A stretch of 61,292 bases of DNA, filler included. It is 8 parts of 8 records of this genome, joined end to end, with 100 filler letters (N's around TTAATTAATTAA, not from the genome) between each part and the next. Parts side by side here need not be neighbours in the genome. Positions count along the whole stretch, not along the records: positions 54,928 to 61,292 come from SRR7504441_705; 7 more parts are not named here. One strand, given 5' to 3'. The position numbers and the translations under genes were made by a program. The notes beneath the pieces are model-generated. The model was given only the letters and a program-made list of their open reading frames with translations. It made no database searches and had not been told where the DNA came from. The first letter of the stretch is position 1. The number at the start of each line of letters is the position of its first letter. Below are positions 60,901 through 61,292 of the stretch, in pieces.

Positions 60901-61137
60901 GGGTACGGCTTTGGCGGCAAAGCCAATGTTTCCAAAATTGACAGCAAGAAAGTCTTTGAAACAGTTGTGAGCAGCCAAGGTCCTTTCATCACCCACGCAA
61001 TCACAACTACTCAACTTCGTCAAGAACTTGAGGACCTTATTCACCGCCTCCAGGCTGGAGAGGATGTTACTGTCAAAAGTGACGAGTTGACCGTGAACCC
61101 TCGTTTCGACGGCGATGGCGGCCAGAGTGATTACTAA
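54928..61137 (+). CDS. E1-GST-UBL-E2-PDZ-UBA-WWE fusion protein (single-chain ubiquitin-activating/conjugating enzyme), 5'-truncated
   Basis: E1: FWSLPRRLP, FEKDDDANFH..ASNLRA..YGI..AGKIIPAIATTT. E2: LIGPSDTPYENGCFEFD..RFNANM|YPNGKVCLSLLGT (Cys at 58537-58539). Introns 56722-56764, 56875-56914, 57068-57129, 58471-58517, 58679-58721, 60134-60176, 60464-60514 and 60650-60698 give one stop-free frame of 1,943 codons. Confidence 0.8.
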
Positions 61138-61292
61138 GTGATTGGATCTGGGTTGGATCTACTTTAACGATCTGACCCACTCCACCCTAGCTCTAGATCT
61201 CCTCATACAGTAGTCCATACAGTAGTCATACTGCGTAATAGACAGACATTGATAGATAGTATTCAAGGTTTCCCATTGTTTATTGGGGGCAC

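Noticed and set aside
54928-61137. Bacterial CBASS Cap2 or Bil-type defence operon
   Set aside because: Spliceosomal introns, UBA1-type E1 architecture and a BIRC6-type E2; no CD-NTase or JAB gene in view.
61100-61137. C-terminal DGDGG-QSDY as a cleavable ubiquitin-like tail
   Set aside because: The preceding sequence does not look beta-grasp, and a GG dipeptide alone is weak evidence.

Overview
Eukaryotic (protist) genomic DNA. The window is not one locus: it is eight contigs (1-6501, 6602-12901, 13002-17360, 17461-35129, 35230-38925, 39026-46203, 46304-54827, 54928-61292) joined by artificial 100-nt N-TTAATTAATTAA-N linkers. The genome is very compact and GC-rich. It has tiny spliceosomal introns (mostly 35-50 nt, many GC-AG), head-to-head gene pairs only 60-190 bp apart, and a recurrent YAACGGA (Myb-type) promoter motif. 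CFAP57 indicates a flagellate; I cannot name the lineage. Recognisable genes: a palmitoyl-protein thioesterase, SLC12A9, CFAP57, a CTL/SLC44 transporter, PGAP3, a MATE transporter, an HSL-type lipase, a syntaxin, SMC6, a myotubularin and an HA-domain protein. Top finding: all of contig 8 splices into one reading frame of at least ~1,940 aa. It joins a UBA1/UBA6-type E1, a split GST fold, a ubiquitin-like domain, a BIRC6/UBE2Z-type E2 with intact catalytic Cys, and PDZ-, UBA- and WWE-like domains, so it is a candidate single-chain ubiquitin-conjugation machine. Also notable: a CHUP1 C-terminal (plant-type actin nucleator) domain on a non-plant architecture, and several introns that look newly made by duplication plus filler DNA, two with telomere-like filler. 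All gene models, splice sites and domain calls are by-eye readings; no search was run.
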